Source of the DNA: Bacteroidaceae bacterium
GTDB lineage: Bacteria; Bacillota_I; Bacilli_A; RF39; UBA660
Reading direction: 5' to 3'
Assembly (NCBI GenBank): GCA_963600145.1
Contig: CAVCAD010000156.1
Span: forward strand, 1-20,169
Length of the DNA: 20,169 nt
The position numbers were made by a program, and so were the translations under genes. The number at the start of each line of letters is the position of its first letter. Position 1 is the first letter of the stretch. Positions 17,886-20,169 of the stretch are shown here, in pieces. The notes under the pieces were generated by a model. It was given only the letters and a program-made list of their open reading frames with translations, was not told the origin of the DNA and searched no databases.

Positions 17886-18200
17886 TCATTCAAAATCGTC
17901 TTTAATCTATCGTTCTATGTCGTTGTCTTCTGCATATGTATCATAATCTATTTTTCCTACATATTCTCTCCAGAAATGAGAATTATCAGCAGCTTGTCTT
18001 TTACATAATATATAAAAATAATTTGCAAGCTATCCTTGTTCAAGCAAGCTCACAAATTTTTCATCTGGCATTTCTAATAACTATATATAACAATACTGTA
18101 CAAAATCATCTAATGTTTCATCTTTTCTACGTTTCCATACTTTTTCTGGAATATGCAAATGATATATACTATCTATGTAATCACTTTTGTTCAAAAGCAT
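17886..18200 (-). CDS. Sigma region-2-like protein (104 aa, three in-frame TAGs)
   Basis: ATG 18200 begins MLLNKSDYIDSIYHLHIPEKVWKRRKDETLDDFVQYCYI-TAG-LLEMPDEKFVSLLEQG-TAG-LANYFYILCKRQAADNSHFWREYVGK... The DDFVQ...LL and L.NYFY.I.KRQ..D....F.R.Y segments resemble ECF sigma regions 2.1-2.4. The TAGs start at 18081, 18030 and 17907, and the TGA stop is 17886..17888. The track shows only antisense plus-strand ORFs here. Confidence 0.4.
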
Positions 18201-18202
18201 AA

Positions 18203-18376
18203 TTAAAATAATTCTTCATTTTTATTATTTGTTGTCTTCTTTTCAATATAAATTATTTTTTTCACTTCTGGCTCATCTTTTTTATCGGGAACATATATTT
18301 TTATATCCGGTAATTTTAAGTCTCTCAGATGTGAAATATCTATATTTAAACAAGATTTTGGATGTAACTTTAGCAT
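18203..18376 (-). CDS. Small ORF (57 aa), doubtful
   Basis: ATG 18376 overlaps the end of the upstream gene by 7 nt. It encodes MLKLHPKSCLNIDISHLRDLKLPDIKIYVPDKKDEPEVKKIIYIEKKTTNNKNEELF and ends at TAA 18203..18205, 2 nt before ATG 18200. It fills the gap between two genes. Confidence 0.3.
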   Translation of the reverse strand: MLKLHPKSCLNIDISHLRDLKLPDIKIYVPDKKDEPEVKKIIYIEKKTTNNKNEELF

Positions 18377-18636
18377 ATGTTTGTATTTGGATCTTTAGGT
18401 TTACGTTGCGATTTTTTCTTTTCTACACAATATCTTAAAATTTCTTTATCACGTTGATCTCTCATTTCATTATATGCTTTTTCATAATAAATAGATTTTG
18501 TATCTAAATCATTTACTTTGTTTATAGTCTCAATTAATTTATTCTCTATTGCTTTGATGTATTGTCCTAAATAACATACATAACCAATAAATGCTAATGC
18601 AACTAATGCAACTAAAATTCCTATTAAAATATTCAT
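18370..18636 (-). CDS. N-terminally membrane-anchored coiled-coil protein (88 aa)
   Basis: MNILIGILVALVALAFIGYVCYL is a transmembrane segment, followed by a helical charged region and a basic tail. ATG 18636, TAA 18370..18372. Confidence 0.55.
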   Translation of the reverse strand: MNILIGILVALVALAFIGYVCYLGQYIKAIENKLIETINKVNDLDTKSIYYEKAYNEMRDQRDKEILRYCVEKKKSQRKPKDPNTNIC

Positions 18637-18658
18637 AATAATAATTATTTGTTTTATT

Positions 18659-18674
18659 TTATTTATCTAAGTTT
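18659..18674 (-). promoter_or_regulatory. 16-nt intergenic motif ttatttatctaagttt, copy 1
   Basis: It is identical to 19416..19431. Both copies lie in intergenic gaps upstream (in the minus sense) of gene starts at 18636 and 19382. Confidence 0.3.
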
Positions 18675-18688
18675 ATTTTTATAAAAAA

Positions 18689-18737
18689 TGTATTTGGAGA
18701 GAAAAAATAAACTATGGCAAAAAACTCTCCAAATACA
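18689..18737 (-). terminator. Rho-independent terminator after the nuclease-like gene
   Basis: Perfect 13-bp arms lie at 18689..18701 (tgtatttggagag) and 18725..18737 (ctctccaaataca), with a 23-nt loop. On the minus-strand RNA the hairpin is followed by UUUUUUAU (18681..18688). Confidence 0.7.
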
Positions 18738-18743
18738 CTTATA

Positions 18744-19382
18744 TTAATTATATCTTAATTTTCCTAATGATCTTTCATTTTGTCTATTATTCCAAAACTC
18801 TTCTAACTTATTTATATCAATAGGCTCTCTCCTAATTAATGGTATCCAATGTCCATCTAATTCTGTATTTGTATCTTGAAAATATTGCATCGCAATATAA
18901 TAAATATCTTTTGGCTCATATTCTATACATTGTTTCTTAACTTTTTGTCCATCAGTTAATGATGAAACCTGTGTCGTTATATTTTGATAATGATATCCAA
19001 CTTGTCTATCTTCATCTAAAATATCATTTATCCAGATCACACCATCCTTCCAAATCGTCGCAACATATCCATAATCAAATTGTTTATTCTCTAATGCATT
19101 TACAGCAGATCTAAACTTTTCACTATTAATTAAATGTGTTGGAAAACTATCTGAAGAAAATTGTCTTTGCTTAACTTCCATTGCATATTTATATTTTGTA
19201 TCTGTAAAACTAAGATCATACCAACAATTACCAACACTATCTTTAATATTCTCTGGTAATATCTTATATATAGAAACTAATAATCTACTAATTATTAATC
19301 TTCCTAATTTATCTTCAAATGGTTTTGTTAACTAATCTTTATATAGATTAAAATATTCATCTAATGTATAAAAATTTTTCAT
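18744..19382 (-). CDS. Putative PD-(D/E)xK-fold nuclease (212 aa, one in-frame TAG)
   Basis: ATG 19382 begins MKNFYTLDEYFNLYKD-TAG-LTKPFEDKLGRL.. and joins track ORF 18744..19181 in frame. TAG is at 19332..19334 and the stop is TAA 18744..18746. The segment CWYDLSFTDTKYKYAMEVKQR gives a D-x13-E-x-K arrangement. The function call is motif-level only. Confidence 0.35.
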
Positions 19383-19415
19383 ATCTTTAAAGTTAATTTT
19401 TTTATTTTCTATATA

Positions 19416-19431
19416 TTATTTATCTAAGTTT
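19416..19431 (-). promoter_or_regulatory. 16-nt intergenic motif ttatttatctaagttt, copy 2
   Basis: It is identical to 18659..18674 and lies 34 nt upstream of ATG 19382. Confidence 0.3.
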
Positions 19432-19445
19432 TTTTTGGAAAAAAA

Positions 19446-20153
19446 TCACAATGATAATAAGCTAGAACAGCTAAATGTTGGTATTCTCATACCTATATTT
19501 GTATGTAACTTAGGTACTTCAAATGTCATCTTTGGAAGATCTTCTGATTTTACTTCTATTTGATTTTCCGTTTTCTGTTCATCTTGCTTTTCTAATAAAT
19601 TATGTTCTTGTGCATAATTTATGCAAGCTTGTCTCATCATTGCTCCATAATCTATGGTATCTTCAGTATTCATAGAAACAACATTTAATTTTACTTCTTT
19701 TGTAAATTCTTTAACTTCTTCTTTTACAATTTCTTTTACAATTTCTTTTACTATAAAGGTATTCTCCATATTTGCAGCCTTAAATAATTTACATATAGTT
19801 GATTTAAATCCTGAAAAACTAAGTTTAGTGATCTTTATTTGCTCAAGCTCTTTCTCCTTCTTTTCTACCAACTTTACATATAATTCAGGAGTCATATATT
19901 TTCCGGCTAATTTATCTTGCTGAATACTCTGCTTATATGCATCTAATGTTCTTTTCTTATAATCAGATAAAATATGTTCAAAATAATTATTTACCCAAGC
20001 ATCATAAGCTTCTTGCCAACTACTGTAAACTCCATTTACATATTTAAAATCTTCCAATGTAAAATGATATTTAACTTGCACCCTCTTAGACTTGCATCGA
20101 TTTGTCAATTCTAATAGCATTTTCTTCGCATCTGTCGCATCTTTTTCATCCAT
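19446..20153 (-). CDS. Hypothetical protein (235 aa) with KEIV mini-repeat
   Basis: Intact ORF with ATG 20153 and TGA 19446..19448, and no in-frame TAG. It is Lys/Glu-rich and helical. No family recognised. Confidence 0.55.
   Translation of the reverse strand: MDEKDATDAKKMLLELTNRCKSKRVQVKYHFTLEDFKYVNGVYSSWQEAYDAWVNNYFEHILSDYKKRTLDAYKQSIQQDKLAGKYMTPELYVKLVEKKEKELEQIKITKLSFSGFKSTICKLFKAANMENTFIVKEIVKEIVKEEVKEFTKEVKLNVVSMNTEDTIDYGAMMRQACINYAQEHNLLEKQDEQKTENQIEVKSEDLPKMTFEVPKLHTNIGMRIPTFSCSSLLSL
19719..19754 (-). repeat. 12-nt tandem repeat x3 (ttcttttacaat), encoding (I)VKE repeats
   Basis: 19719..19730 and 19731..19742 are identical, and 19743..19754 matches at 10/12. Together they encode KEIVKEIVKEEV. 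Confidence 0.8.
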
Positions 20154-20169
20154 ACTATAAATTATATTA

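Noticed and set aside
17886-17935. ATG 17935 as the start of the region-4-like gene, overlapping the end of the region-2-like gene by 50 nt.
   Set aside because: In the overlap the upstream gene's frame has AT-rich third positions, while the alternative frame is rich in G/C-ending codons. ATG 17872, 13 nt after the TGA, is the more economical start. It is kept only as an alternative.
18203-18636. The 88-aa membrane-anchored coiled-coil protein plus the overlapping 57-aa ORF as an i-spanin/o-spanin pair.
   Set aside because: The small ORF has a Cys at residue 9 but no hydrophobic signal sequence or lipobox (it reads MLKLHPKSC). No endolysin or holin lies next to it, so the architecture alone is insufficient.
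1291-19334. In-frame TAG decoded as pyrrolysine, or stop read-through of the selenocysteine type.
   Set aside because: TAG is too frequent and sits at ordinary positions, including a conserved Gln column in the TerL P-loop. No pyl-like genes or recoding structures are visible. It cannot be formally excluded without the tRNA.
1322-19448. TGA also being reassigned.
   Set aside because: TGA occurs only at gene ends (1322, 6592, 11745, 17663, 17886, 19446), each followed by a gap or a coupled start. No TGA interrupts any traced frame.
2961-19923. Plus-strand track ORFs: 2961..3152, 5191..5433, 6147..6470, 12016..12249, 13100..13354, 14764..15039, 17936..18202, 18187..18438 and 19654..19923.
   Set aside because: Each lies antisense to a longer, motif-bearing minus-strand gene. 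Their compositions are low-complexity and rich in Phe/Leu/Ile/Ser/Tyr, as expected from the reverse complement of AT-rich coding DNA. None has its own upstream gap or signal.
1-20169. A suppressor tRNA (anticodon CUA) or any other tRNA gene.
   Set aside because: Intergenic gaps are at most about 110 nt, AT-rich and lack the GC-rich stem pattern of a tRNA. None was found by eye, so the tRNA is expected elsewhere in the genome.

Overview
This is an AT-rich (roughly 30% GC by eye, not computed) 20.2-kb piece of a tailed dsDNA phage or prophage genome. Every credible gene lies on the minus strand, so transcription runs from 20169 towards 1. Read right to left, it starts with small early or regulatory-looking genes: an unknown 235-aa protein, a PD-(D/E)xK-like nuclease candidate, membrane proteins and a sigma-factor-like pair. 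The packaging and virion module follows: small terminase, a truncated Dam-like fragment, large terminase, an HK97-gp10-like protein, and a chaperone-like gene with a T9 slippery run. Then come two large tail proteins (738 and about 936 aa), a tape-measure-like protein, an XkdF-type prohead protease, an acidic coiled-coil scaffold and an HK97-fold major capsid protein. Last are a tube-like protein, the portal, connector-like proteins and a tandem-repeat tail fibre that runs off the left edge. Central observation: the standard-code ORF track is heavily fragmented, yet every interruption inside these genes is TAG (about 37 in-frame TAGs by hand tracing, none TAA or TGA). The fragments always share one frame, and conserved motifs continue across the TAGs (for example TerL Walker A KAKR-TAG-VGKS). 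Genes end with TAA (most) or TGA. This is the signature of amber stop-codon reassignment, most likely to Gln (translation table 15-like), as known for some crAss-like, Lak and other gut phages. Gene coordinates below were re-derived by hand with TAG as sense. No tRNA, rRNA, CRISPR array or transposase was found; the suppressor tRNA such a phage needs must lie outside this window.
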